DNA from: Euglena gracilis | Taxonomy: Eukaryota | Reading direction: 5' to 3' | Assembly: GCA_039621445.1 (NCBI GenBank) | Contig: CP154954.1 | Location: 34,829,703-34,893,702 of the forward strand | Length of the DNA stretch: 64,000 nt | Shown: positions 48,626-61,239 of the stretch, piece after piece | How positions within the stretch are numbered: the stretch's first letter is position 1 | Layout: every line of letters begins with the position of its first letter | Notes under the pieces: model-generated | The model's database searches: none | What the model was told of the DNA's origin: nothing | The model's input: the letters and a program-made list of their open reading frames with translations, nothing else | Program-made: the position numbers and the translations under genes

Positions 48626-49999
48626 CTTTCCCAATGGAAAAATCGGCAAGGGGGACTTACTTCGCATCCTTGGTATGTGCCCCCCACTCTATTTGCTCTT
48701 GCGACCATGTGCGAATGAAACAGGCAGCATTTCCTCCCTTTTTTTCATCGTTGTGGGGAGAAAATGTCCCCCCCCCATGGAATGTTGTATCCCTCTCCAA
48801 AAAGAGATAACTTGAAAATCCATGGGGGAAGGCCCAACTTGAACCTACTGAACAATCTTTGGTGAACAATGTGAGGGTGAATCAACCTTGGAAACCAAGA
48901 AGCGTCCTACGTGATTGCAAACAAAAAGAATACAAAACCTGTCAACTCACCCGGTGAACAAAAAGGAATTGGTGTCACAAACATAAGATTGCTTCGGGCT
49001 CGGAGCCATTGCTTCGGTCCAATGGAAATCCTTGGCGCAGGGAATGGCACATAGCCCGCCCCCCTTTCACTAGGGGGAAAATACATGGCAGCTCCTCACT
49101 TCGCAAGGAGAAAATTGATTGTCCCCCCTTTTGGGGGTAATGAAAAATTGCCCCCCTTTCTTCCGGGGGGGTTCAAAATTCGCCCTCCTCCCCCTGGGTG
49201 GGAAAAAATACGCCTCCCTCCGGGGGGAAAATAAAAATTCACCCTCCCCCCCTGCAGGGGAGTTCAAAAAATCGGTCTTCATCCCCCGGGGGGAAATTTG
49301 CTCACAACTCCATCTCCTGGAAGGGCTTCAAAAAATTGGGGGAAAAATTCCGAAAAGAATTCTTGTGAGTGTCCAACCGATACCACATGGGCTATGGCCA
49401 TCCAACAAATCTCACACTCTCCCTACTTACATTTTTGGTCTCGGGACTCTCCAACTGCCGGGGGGGGGGTAGGCGCGTGCGTGTGGGTAGGGATGCGTGG
49501 GGGGGCAGGGATGAGTAACGGTTATAAATGAGGTGCGAATCGTTGATGTAAAGGTTGCGGTAGGGGTGAAAGGGGCCTTCCTTCGTACCGCCGCCGATCG
49601 TTCTTCCCGGGGAGATGTCGATGTTGGTACAGATTTGTGCTGCGATGTCATGCCCGTGTGGTGGTGTAGAGGTGATGGAGGCGGCAAAGGTAGCGATGTC
49701 GGAGTTGGCGATCGTAGTTGCCGAGGGGACCCCCAACATCTTTCCATCCTTCCTCCCATACCTTTGAAAGCATGAAAATTTACAATGTCGGGGCTCCCGA
49801 TGTGCTGGGGCTTCCCGGCTTCTTTCCTGAGACAAAGAGGCCAATGCATACACAATGACGCGGGCAAGCTAAGCAAAATAATGTGTGCACATGTGTGCAC
49901 GCAAAGCAAAATGATGCGTGCGTGTATGTGCCCGCACCCATAGGAAAACGTGAACATGTAAAATGGAGGATAGAGGTGAGCGGAGGAGCGTGAAATCAA

Positions 50000-52225
50000 G
50001 CCCCCCCCAGGTGCCGTACGGCACTTGGCCCCGTTTCACCTCCCAGAGCTCCTAAAAATTGAGCTCACCTTCAAATAAAATCCAAAAGCAAAACAAAATT
50101 GAGCCTCAATGAAATTGTCTCACAAAGATTTTTGAAGCTCCCCCATTAAATTGACCTTCAATTTTTTGTGTGCACAATACCGAACCAACTCATGGCTAAA
50201 CCGATGAGTGAAATTTCCAATGGGTTCCCAGGTTTCTTCCCCCTCCTCATAACCAACCCACTTGGTGAAAAATTCCCACGTATCCCCCTTCCTACGGTGG
50301 GCCAAATTTTTCTCAACCTCTGATTCATCGGGCATTGCCTCCTCCTCTTTTTCTGTCCGTTTGAAAAAATACAAAGGAACTCCTTTGCCAAAAACTGGTG
50401 GTTCCTTATACTCCTTGAGAGAACTTCGGTGTGTTTTAATTTGCACACCTGGTTTGGTTTCCACAACGTAACTCCTCTCCCCCTCCCGAGCTTTGAAAAT
50501 ACCGGGACCAATACACCTCGAGTTTAATTTTTCACCCGAACCCTCGGGTCGTTTGTACCACACATGGGTTCCAATATTTAATGGTTCCTTTTCTCTTCAA
50601 CCTTGGTTAATCCGTTTGGCTTGGACCTCATGGGTGTGGTTTAAAACCTTTGCCACCGTTTCATCGATTAGCTTCATTCGACGAAAAAAATGTTGGGCAT
50701 CCCCACACACGTTAGAGGCTTGGTAAGGTATCCCCCCAAGGGGAGGTTCCCTACCGGTCATAATTTGGTATGGGCTAAAACCACCCTCACCCTTAACATC
50801 ATGAATCACATCCAAAGTTTGGGGTAGAGCTTCAACCCAATTCATTTTTCCGTCCACAAAGAGTTTCCTCAAAATCTCCATTACTTGTTGACCAGCCCTT
50901 TTCACCCGCCTGTTGACTTGGTGGTGGTAGGCTTGATAAAAAGCTTGCCGAATTCCCAAAAACGAACACATGGTTTGCAACCTTGTGTTCACGAAATGAC
51001 TCCCTTGGTCACTAGAAATGATTGAAGGAATCCGTAAAGGCCTCCAATGGTTGAGCATTGCCTTTGCCAATTTTGAACCCGTGAATCCTTTTTCTAAAAA
51101 TGGTATGGCCACGATCCAGCCGGAGTGCCGGTCAACACACACCGTCATAATATTGTAATTTTCTCCCTCATACTTTACCAATGGCGTTTTGAAAAGATCT
51201 AAGGCCACACTCACCATGGGTGCCAGTGGAATGGGTGTTGAATCTATGGGTCCCTTCAAAGTCTCCTCCCTTTAACTTGCTTGGCACGTGACACAATTTT
51301 TGGAACAACTTTCATTGAAAACACGTGCCCTTTTTTCATCAGCCCATGCGTACCGCAAAATGATGAAATTACACACTTTTTCCGGACCAACATGTCCCAA
51401 GACTTCATGAACCTCTTGTACAATGAATTCTTGAAAAGAAAGTGGGACACACAATTTCTCCTCAAAAAACGTTCGGTCCTTGTGAACTTTCACACCCTTT
51501 GGCCACTCACCGTCATTTTGAGTTGCAAGCCAAATTTCCTTCCAGGTGGGGCATTCGGTATACGCAACCACCCAATCCCTCTCCAAAACTGATTTTGTTA
51601 GCTTAGGGGTTGCACTTGGAGTTGGTGGGGCCCCACATCCTCCAGTTCCCCCCTCGGTAACTCATTAGTGGGAAGTTTCAGTTGGTCATCAAATTTCTCG
51701 CAGGGTCCACTCCATCCCAAAAGGTAACTCTCTTCTTACCCTTTTTCGAACCAAATTCCCTAGGCCCTTGTGAGTGAGCGTCTTCGGTGGTGTTTATTCC
51801 TCCCGGACCTTCTACACTCTCGGTACCCCTCCCTGACGCATCATCCACAAAATTTGGTGCCTCCACTTTTCCGCTGCGGGTTACCACCCCCCTTATCCAC
51901 AATTTACGAGCGTTAGGCTGATTTTTGACTTTGACCAACAAGCAATTTTTCTCATCTTCCCTCTCCTCTCTTATGAGCTCCTCCATTTCCCTCTTATCTT
52001 CGGCCGAACCATGTTTACTAATGTCCCTTAGGGCTTGCGAAGCGGTGTATGCCCACGGACTTAAAATGTCGGCAATGGTGTTTTCCTTCCCCGGAATATA
52101 CCCCACTGTCAAATCGTATTTTGAGAAAAATTGGTGACATCGTACCCTCCTCCCCACCGGTCCACTTGGGGTTTCGAGCACTTTTTTTGCACATGCCTGC
52201 AAACTTTGTTGATCGGTCAACGCAG
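50000..52225 (-). mobile_element. Family D 3' fragment (RNase H end, integrase, chromodomain), inverted relative to 60598-62790
   Basis: GKENTIADILS, HEVLGH..CVTCQ, SDQGSHF, KWVGYEEGEETWEP. Confidence 0.9.
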
Positions 52226-52725
52226 TTCATTGGACGAGTTATGTTGACTCAACACTCCGCCAACAGCATAGTCACTGCTGTCGACCTCCAGTACGTATTA
52301 CTTGTACGGGTCAGCAATGTCAAGTACAACATTGTCCAACATCAGTTGTTTGATTGTCGTTAGCGATTCTCGCATTATGTCATCCAATTGGCATCGTTGT
52401 ATTGTCAGGCGCGCGATTTTTGAGTTTTCGCGTCAGTAGTACCGCGATTTTCGCGAAATCCTTCATGTAAATCGCGTAGTACTGCGCTAAACCCAAAAAT
52501 CCTTTTAAATGGGTAATTGTTTTGATGTTTTCAGGTGTCCACTTCTCTATAGCTTCCACTTTACTTGGAGATGCTCTCCTTTGTCCGTTGTTAAGAATGT
52601 TTCCACAAAATTTTATCGTTTCGTGAAACAAATGCATTTTCGCACCTTTGACGAAAAGCAAATGTTTTTGAAGCGTTGTCAGCACGGAACGTATATCACG
52701 GTAGTGAATATCAAGAATATCACTA
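52226..52725 (-). pseudogene. RT/RNase H fragment of a family-C-like Gypsy
   Basis: LFVKGAKMHLF, HLKGFLGLAQYY, DIADPY..VDSSDYAVGGVLSQ, similar to 38100-38520. Confidence 0.8.
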
Positions 52726-52926
52726 CCCGAATTTTCAAGTGGGGGTGAACCTGTACTTTTACTGGAGGACAGATTTTCAGTTAACCGTGGATTAACGGCC
52801 AGCGAGGGGATGTTAATTTGGACACAGCCAGCCACTGAAAATTTAACATCAGCAGTTTTAATGACTGAATCTTCCAGTCTGGCCGTAGGGGGGCCAGCCG
52901 GGCTGTTAAATCAAGTAGCGTCTAAC

Positions 52927-55813
52927 ATGGAAATCAGCGGGGATGAGGAAATAGAACCAGAATTGTCTGCTTTTCAGCCCCCTGTTTTTGGACCACAGCC
53001 CCCCGAATCAAATTGTCAAATACTGGGGGGGTGATGATTCTGACTCATGGGACGAATGGGCATATGGGGTGGATTGCTATTTGCAGGAATTGAGCCGAAG
53101 TATAACAAATTGGGAAAGCATAAGTCCCCCCCAGGTTGTAATTGAAAATCGGCTGGAAAATTTTGAGAAGAACTTGGCTGAAAAAAATGCTCGAGCACAG
53201 ACAGAAGTTTTGCATTTCATCCATGACAATTTGGAGAAACAAACTGCTGAAATGTGCAGCCAGTTTGAGCACGAAAAGCAAAAAATTCAGGAACAAATTC
53301 AGCAATCAGTCAGCCAATTTATTTTACGATGCCAGGAGCGGGGGAGTGCTGTTGAAAACGTTGCAAATTTCCACAAACAACTTTTGGGGATTGAAGTTCA
53401 AAGGCAGATCAAAGGAAAATTTCATGATTTTGAGAAAAAAGTTACGAGATTTTCTGGGCAACGAGCTGGCACAACTTGAGAGCCGTGGAAACAATGTCCA
53501 AAACAAATTGTTTTCACCAGATGGGTTGGTCGAGCAAGTTGGAATTTGTTTACATTCTGTCGAGGGAATAAAGTCAGATTTTCAGAAAGAATTTTTGGCA
53601 ATTCGACAAGCAAATCGTGAGCTATGCTATGGGGTGGACAGAAAATTTGCTGACGTCGCTGCTGGGCTGAAAATGGTGGGGGAGGAATCAAAATCAAGTT
53701 TTGGAACCTTAACACAGGAAATTCAGCAGCGATTTGAAGCAATTAAAAACGACAGCAAAGCTCTGGGGGGCAGTATCACAGCAATTGAGAAATTTCTGGG
53801 AAGGCAGGAGGTGCCTTGGGATAAGGTGGTTGAAATGCTGGGAAAATCAGAAGCAGCAATTCAACTGGAAATTCGGAGGGAAATGGCAACCCAGGTCAGA
53901 AAAATGATGGAAAGTATGATGGTGCAAATGATGAATGAACAGCTGAGGCAAAACCAAAAGGAAGAACACTTTGAAAAATTGCAAACTGACATTGAAAATC
54001 GAGTGAAACAGCAATTTTTTCACAGTTTTGATGAACATGCAGACAGATTTTCAGCGTGAAAAGAGTCAACGGGAGGGTTTGCAAAAACTGTGTCAAACTT
54101 TGCAGACTCGTTTGGATTTCATTGAGGGGAGGGTTCAGGAAATTTCAGCCAAAAAAACACAACAAATTGACCCCAGGGCACCTGAAGTGGCCCAGCCCAA
54201 GACAGTAAATCAGCCGAATTCTGGGATTTTTGGCATTAAGGGGGTGTCACCGACTCAATCATATAGGATTTTCGGGATTAAGGGGGTAACCCCAATGATG
54301 CCATGTGAAATCTGGGATGTTGATCTGGGCGGGTGCACACCATCAAGTAGTTCACAGGGGGGTGCATTTGCAATTAATCAGGTCAGTGGCATTTGTGCCA
54401 TTGGGGGGGCACCACAGCGACCACCAGTCATAAGTGTTGGTAACCCAGCAGTGCAGCATGTCTTGAGAAATTTGACTGCACCAAAATGTTCAGGGAAATC
54501 TCAAGTTTGGCAGCAATTTTCAGAGGATTGGCAAGCATTTTCACGGAAACTGAATTCTGCAGGGGAGGAAGTGAGTGAAGATTTGAAAGTTGCTCTTTTG
54601 GAGGATTGTCTTGACGAAACGAGCAAAAAAGTTCTGAAGCTCCATCTCAAGGAAGGGGGGATCAATTTTAATGCCAGGTGGGGTCACCTGGAAATGACAC
54701 TTTCACAGATTCAGGAATCTGGGGCAAGGCCAAATTGGCAGCAGGTGAGCCTTTTTAATATGGGCAAAGTTACCCTTGAGCACTGGCTTGAATTTCAGGC
54801 TAATTTCAAGATGGCCAAATGAAAGGTTAAGCATGCCGGGGAGTGGGAAGCAAAACGACTTTTGTTGCAGAAACTTCCCCCATTCATCCTAAAATGGGTT
54901 TCAGATGAGGAGGAATGGAGGCTGAATTATCAGCCGACTTTACGCCTAAAGGTGCCAGGGAATAGGAATTCAGAATCGGTTGCAGAAATACTGGGGAGAA
55001 TACTTGGGAAAAGACCCACAAAAGTGTCGGAAATTCACGAGGGGGAATTTGAAATCATTTTCCCTGACATTTCTGCCTATGAAAAAGTCAAGAGGTTTCA
55101 TGGCAAAGAGTTTGACGATTCAAACGTTTTGTTTCAGGTTCAGGAAATTGAACCGGTTTTGACCACCGAGGACATTTTCAACCTCGTGAAAAAAGAATTG
55201 GCACTCAGAAACAAACATGATGCCTTACAAAGTTCTGCTTCATCCCCAGGCTATCAAGGGTTTAGGCGTTCAAGGTCGGTGGGTGCTGAAAATCGAGGGG
55301 GGAGGCAATCGGGGAGTCGGAAGAGTTCACCTGGGTCGACCCCGGGTAGGACAACGACACCCCCCCCGCCAGAAGCAAATCACAAATCAGCGAAACAGCA
55401 AAACCTGATCAATTTGTTGCGGTTTCATCTTCAAATGTGCAGCCATCAAGCAATTCTTCAAGGCTTTCAACGGTGGAGAACCCACCCAATGTGCAAAGAC
55501 CGGTGGTGGGGGGGCACAATGGATCCCACCCCCCTCACAACCAACAATGCCGTATGTTGCTAGACAAGCCCCGTGGAACAGAAACAATTTTCAGCCGTAT
55601 GGCAAGGGCAGCCAATGGAAAGGGGGGAATAATTCCCAGGGACATGGGGCAAATAACTCCCAATGGTATGGGGGTAACCAACAGGGGTACAAGGGGGAGG
55701 GTGGTAAGGGAAGGGGGAGAGGCAAAGGATTTGACCAGAATTTCGGTTCCAAAGTGGGGAAGGGCAATAACAATAACCCAACGCCAGCGGTGGCCCACCA
55801 TATTCGTCATTAG
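52927..55813 (+). pseudogene. gag: Family D gag (coiled-coil, capsid-like, GKG/RG-rich tail)
   Basis: PKCSGKSQVWQQFSEDWQAF capsid-type motif; tail GKGRGRGKG; ends TAG at 55811-55813. Confidence 0.7.
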
Positions 55814-56227
55814 GGACGCCGGGGTCATGTTTTTGAGGGGTTTACATCCTCGTGCATAGAAACCCCCAAGGCATTTTGCATAACCCGACCACGTCTTCAC
55901 ATGGAGAATATTACCGTGGTGGAGAATGTGTGTCTTTGTCTTCCAATCCCTTCACCTCAGGTTCAAAATCAGGCAATGAAGAGTGTGCAATGTCGAAGAC
56001 GAGCAACGGCGCCATTTCAATGATTTCAATGAGTTCATCCTCGACAGCCAACTCGAGAAGACAAGTGGCCTTGAGCCTTGATGCCTTGAGTGGCCAATGG
56101 CAGCCCGTGTCGAGGAAGTGCAAACCGTGGACCAGGTGTGCAAGCCAGGAGAGTGCACGGCCCAGGTTCAACAATTATTATGGTTTTATTGAGCGAAAGA
56201 CTATCCATCAAAGGTGTGGGAAGTTGG

Positions 56228-56840
56228 AAAGTTCCCAAGGCGTTGGATTTGTTTTCGGGAAAAGGGTCCGTTGGGAGGTGTTTGGAGGAAAACGGGTAAA
56301 AGGTGGTATCCTTGGATGTGAACCCAAAATTTCACCCAACCCACGTTACGGATATTCTGGAGTGGAATTATCGAAAATACCCCGTGGATAGTTTCAAGTC
56401 ATAACGGCAAGTGTGCCTTGCACGGAGTATAGCCGTGCTAAGACGGTGGGAGAAAGAAAGTTGGAATGGGCAGACCAACTTGTGACAAAAACGTTGGAAA
56501 TTGTGGAATATTTTCAGCCCAAATAATGGTGGATTGAAAATCCCCGAACGTGACTTTTGCCAAAAGGCATTGTGTGCAAAGTTTGAATTTCATTGATGTG
56601 GATTATTGCCAATTTTCAGATTGAGGATATCAAAAACCCACTCCTATTTGGGGGAGGCAAAATTTGTTGAGTTTGAAGGACAAACGTTGTGATGGGAAGA
56701 CCTGCCCCCATTTGATTGTGAGTGAGGGGGGTGGTTTTGGTTCACAAAGAACAATTGGGAGGAAACGGAATGAGGGTGAGCACTCAACACAAATGGAGAG
56801 TACCTGAGAAGTTGGTCAAGTACCTTCTTTCGGCCCTTGA
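56228..56840 (+). pseudogene. C5-cytosine DNA methyltransferase domain
   Basis: Across frames: ALDLFSGKGS (motif I), VVSLD (II), DILEWNY (III), ITASVPCTEYS (IV, PC at 56416-56421), WWIENP (VI), VDYCQF..GYQKPT.IW (VII-VIII), WRVPEKLV (C-terminal). Confidence 0.88.
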
Positions 56841-56869
56841 TTTTAAGGAGGAGAAATTTTCCTTCAAAC

Positions 56870-57265
56870 GTGAGGACTATGCCGTTCGAAATTCATTTGT
56901 GCAAATGATTGAGGAGAATTTTCAAAGGAGGGCCGAGGTGGATTGTTTTGCTTCTACCCCAAATTCTCAGTGCACGTCATATTTGACCGAGAAGGAAAAT
57001 GCTTTGGCTGTACCACGGGGAGGGGGAGGCACGGTTTGGTTGAACCCTCCCTGGTCATTGTGGCCAAAGGTGGCAAAGAAATTGCAAAAGGACCCTTGTG
57101 ATGCCATTTGCATTTTACCCGATTGGAACAGAGGTTGGGTGAGGGAACTTGTTCGGAAGGCATCAAAAAAGTTGTCTTTTCCACCCAGAACCAAAGCTTT
57201 TTGAGGTCGATGGGAAACCAGTGGGGGGTGTGAGGTGGGGAGTTTGGGCCTTGTTGATAGAGGGT
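56870..57265 (+). CDS. Dam-like N6-adenine DNA methyltransferase domain (one frameshift near 57200)
   Basis: EDYAV..EVDCFASTPNSQC..ENAL..VWLNPPW (57043-57054)..ICILPDW..W..RWGVWA. Confidence 0.88.
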
Positions 57266-57369
57266 AATAAGCCCCCCGCCAACACTAGCAACCACAAGAA
57301 ACCAAAGGTGGTACATTTGAAATCACGGATGGATAAAAAGAGATACCCACGCACAGGGATTGAGAAATT

Positions 57370-57790
57370 TTCTAAGAACCGACAACTTCTGATCCGGACA
57401 AGGGTTGTTTTGGGAAACGGGGAGGAACGACGTATGGATATTTTGGTGGACACCGGTGCCGAAGCTAACCTCATAAGGCAAGGTTTAGTGAGTGACCACC
57501 TAATGTATTCAGCCGAACACCCCTTAAGGTTTGAAACCGCCGACGGTCAAGCCTTGTGTGGTGGGGGGAGGTGCACTAAGGTGATTATGAAATTGCAAGG
57601 GGAGGTGAGTGAGAACACCCCACCCACAGATTGTGAGTATGATGGGGAATTTTATGAAGCTAACATCAAAGTGGACGCAATTTTGTCATACCCGTGGCTT
57701 GTGCAAACAAAAATTGGAATTTTTCCACATCATCGTGCTTTGGTAGTGGAGGAACCCGAGTTGACATTTTTGTTCGGTGTGAGAGATCAT
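57370..57790 (+). CDS. pro: Aspartic protease
   Basis: DILVDTGAEANLI, FETADG, DAILSYPWL. Confidence 0.9.
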
Positions 57791-58570
57791 AGGAGAAAAC
57801 GACAAGGAAAGGTCCCTAACACACTACCCCAAAGGGGGGGTGTGACAAATTTGGAAAAGTTTGGTTTCCAACTTCCTATGGAGGGTTTTGATCAAAGAGA
57901 AGCCTTGGACAACCACTCGCTCAAAATTTTGGACAAGAATTTGGAGAATGCAAATGAACACCCCCTACCTATTCGCAAAATGATCATTGCAAGGGAGGGG
58001 GAGGGGAAAAATGAAACGGAATCCAAAGAGGAAGAGAGAATAAGGGAGCTGAGAGAGGAGATTTTTGGAAGGTATGGTGGAACCGAATTTCGGTCTAAGG
58101 TACAACCCGACCCACCCGTAAGAGGACCATATGGTTATGCATTCATACCTTTGCAAGAAGGAGCGCGGCCCACCCGACAAAAACCATTTTTCATGCACGG
58201 GGAACGAGAAGAAGCTTTGTAAAAAATCACTCAAGATTGGATCGATATGAAATTCATCGAGCCAGCCACAACAAAAAAATCAGAATGGCTCTCACAAACT
58301 TTCCCCGTGCCCAAAAAGTCAGCCGATTTTCCTTGGAGGGGGGTTGTTGACATGAGGGGACCCAACAGCCAATCCCGTAGATGCAACTACCCTCTTCCGA
58401 AAATCGAAGACATCCTGGTGAAGCATGGCGCAAACCAAATGTTCTCCATTTTGGACTTAAAACAAGATTTCCACCAACTGCCACTTCACCCGGATAGTAG
58501 GCCTATAACTTGCTCCTTCACACCAAAGGGTCTTTACCAATGGAGGGTGAATGTAATGGGGTTAACTAAC

Positions 58571-59800
58571 AAAGGTTCGAAATTTTGGTAATTTTTCATT
58601 TCAATTGAAAAATTCGAAAAATTGGAATTTTCTGAAAATTTCAAATTTCGCGGAACGCGAATCTGGGTATTCCTAATTCATCGGGAAATGATTTTTGTGG
58701 ACTGTGCAGACAACTCTAAGATGCCAGCGGGATGCAGGAGCATGTGGTAAATTTGCCAATTCTTTTAGTGAATGTACATTTTTCTGTGTTGCAGACCTCA
58801 CGGCAAGAAATTACTCAAGTCTATCACGCTTGAAACGAACTTATTGGAAGGAGATTGGTAATCTGGACCTGAGCATGTCCCTGCTAAACTGCTCAGTTTG
58901 TATTACGGCCAACAACGTGTGTGTTTTCTGATTCCTGTTGCTGTTCCTGTTTGCTTTTCAATGGCAAAGAACTGGCCAGTTTTGGGCCAGATTTGGTGTC
59001 CAGTTTTCGGCCGAATGTGCTAGCCAGTTTTGGGCAGAAGTGCTGGCCAGTTTTGGGCCACATGCTGCCGGTTTTGGGCCTGATTGGTGGCCAGTTTTGG
59101 GCCACAGTTTTGGGCAGAAGCGCTGGCCAGTTTTGGGCCAGATTGGTGGCCAGTTTTGGGCCACACGTGCTGGCCACTTTTGGGCAGGCTGGCAGTTTTC
59201 GGCCACATGCCGGCCAGTTTTGGGCCACATGCTGGCCAGTTTTGAGCCAGATATAGAGAACGTTGGCGTACGGGCCAAATTTTCCGGGCCCTTTTTTGAA
59301 AATCCTGCCTCAAAAATTTCAAAATCTCCTCTTTTCCATCATCTTGCAAACAAAACCTGCCACTTTTTTCTGGCCGTTTTCAGGTTTGGCACCAGTTTTT
59401 TCGGCTTTAAGTCCCCCCCCCCCCCGGTACGGGGTGGGGTTATCTGGGGGACGGGGTTGGATTTTTGTTTATTTCATCGGGAGGGTTTCTGCCGAGTAAA
59501 GGTGGACTTCTGCAACAGCCGGGGGGCCGGCAAAAATAATCTTTTTTTGTCACCGACAGGATTTTCCGCAGACGGAAGGCAAAATTCATCTGAATTACCT
59601 CTCGATGGTGTTTTTCTGTCTTCGAGTACCTTGAAAATGCCGTTATCCTTGGAAGGACTTTGGCCGGCGGCGAAAAAAACACATCCCTGTTGCAGTGCTT
59701 CACCCTGTGGAAATTTTGGAAATTTTCCTCCCGAAAAATTCGAATAATTCAACCTGGAAAAATTCGAATTATTCGAAGCGGAAAAATACGCCGAACCCTG
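58571..59800. mobile_element. Non-autonomous hAT-type element inside RT
   Basis: 8-bp TSD TAACTAAC (58563-58570, 59801-59808); ends AAAGGTTCG / CGAACCCTG; AATTCGAA subterminal repeats. Confidence 0.88.
58970..59252. repeat. GGCCAGTTTTGGGCCA minisatellite (~22-bp period)
   Basis: About 13 degenerate copies. Confidence 0.85.
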
Positions 59801-61239
59801 TAACTAACGCCTCACAACAATTCCAACAAATGATGGATGACCGTTTAGCACCCGTAAGGGATATTGCTACCCCATACATTGATGACACTTTGGTAGGGAC
59901 CACCGTCGGGGAGGGGGAGGATCTCCTCGAGGCACACAAAAGGAATTTGTGTAGGGTGTTGGATTTACTCGCCGAGGAAATTTTTGTAGTGGACCCAAAA
60001 AAAGCGGAATTACTCATCAAAGAAGTGGAATCTTGTGGCCAGATTTTGGGGCATGGCATGCGTCGGCCGGCCACCGGCAAATTACGTGCCACTGAAAAAT
60101 GGGAGGTTTCAACAACCATAACGGCCTTAAGGGCTTTCCTCGGCTTCACAAATTATTACAACACCTACATACACATGTATGCTCAAGTTGCGGCACCTTT
60201 GCAAGATAAGTTAAAGGTGTCTAGGGAGGAAGGCAAGAAAGGGAGCAAAAAATGGGATGAATTCGGGGAGGTTGAACACAAAGCATTTGAGGAGTTAAAG
60301 AAACGGTTGTGTTCCGGATTAATTCTTCAAAGGGTAAACCCCGATAAACCCTATGCTTTGAGAGGTGATGCGAGTGGGTATGCCGTAGGAGCAACTTTAG
60401 AACAACTCAAAGAAGGAAACGGTACGCCCAAGCCCCAAGATATTTTGGACAATAAAACGGTGCCTGTTGCTTTTATGTCCCGAAAGCTCGGGACATAAGG
60501 GCAAAGAGAATGGACCCCCCGGGAATTGGAGACATATGCCATAATTTTGGCACTCCAAAAATGGGAAAGTTGGATTGGTCTCCAACCCATTTTGGTGTTG
60601 ACGGATCACCAAAGTTTGGAGGCATGGGCAAAAAAAGTGCTCGACACCCCAAGTGGACCGGTGGGGAGGAGGGCACGATGGCATCAAATTTTCTCAAAAT
60701 ACGATTTGACAGTGGGGTATATTCCGGGGAAGGAAAACACCATTGCCGATATTTTAAGTCGGTGGGCATACCCCGCTTCGCAAGCTCTAAGAGACATTAG
60801 TAAACATGGTCCGGCCGAAGATAAGAGGGAAGTGGAGGAGCTCATAAGAGAGGAGAGGGAAGATGAGAAAAATTGCTTGTTGGTCAAAGTCAAAAATCAG
60901 CCTAACGCTCGTAATTTGTGGATAAGGGGGGTGGTAACCCGCAGCGGAAAAGTGGAGGCACCCAACGTTGTGGATGATGCATCAGGGAGAGGAACCGAGA
61001 GTGTAGAAAGTCCGGGAGGAATAAACACCACCGAAGACGCTCACTCACAAGGGCCTAGGGAATTTGGTTCGAAAAAGGGTAAGAAGAGAGTTACCTTTTG
61101 GGATGGAGTGGACCCTGCATGAAATTTGGTGACCAACCCAAAACTTCCGACTAATGAGTTACCGAGGGGGGGAACTGGAGGTGGTGGGGCCCCACCAACT
61201 CCAAGTGCAACCCCTAAGCTAACAAAATCAGTTTTGGAG

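Larger units (their letters stand above)
58100..60800 (+). pseudogene. Reverse transcriptase plus RNase H, split by a hAT insertion
   Basis: WRGVVDMRGPN, LDLKQDFHQ, MGLTN|ASQQFQ, YIDD, LRAFLGFTNYY, DASGYAVGA, ELETYAI, TDHQSL, NTIADILSR. Confidence 0.93.

Noticed and set aside
48626-49990. Antisense accessory ORF downstream of the family D chromodomain (compare 63300-63900)
   Set aside because: Similarity by eye is too weak and the frames too broken to support a call.
56228-57265. Bacterial restriction-modification operon or contamination
   Set aside because: No nuclease; the domains are embedded collinearly between gag and retropepsin and decay like the rest of the element.
58893-59747. ORFs with AQNWP/GQFW repeats
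   Set aside because: Translations of a minisatellite inside a non-autonomous hAT element.
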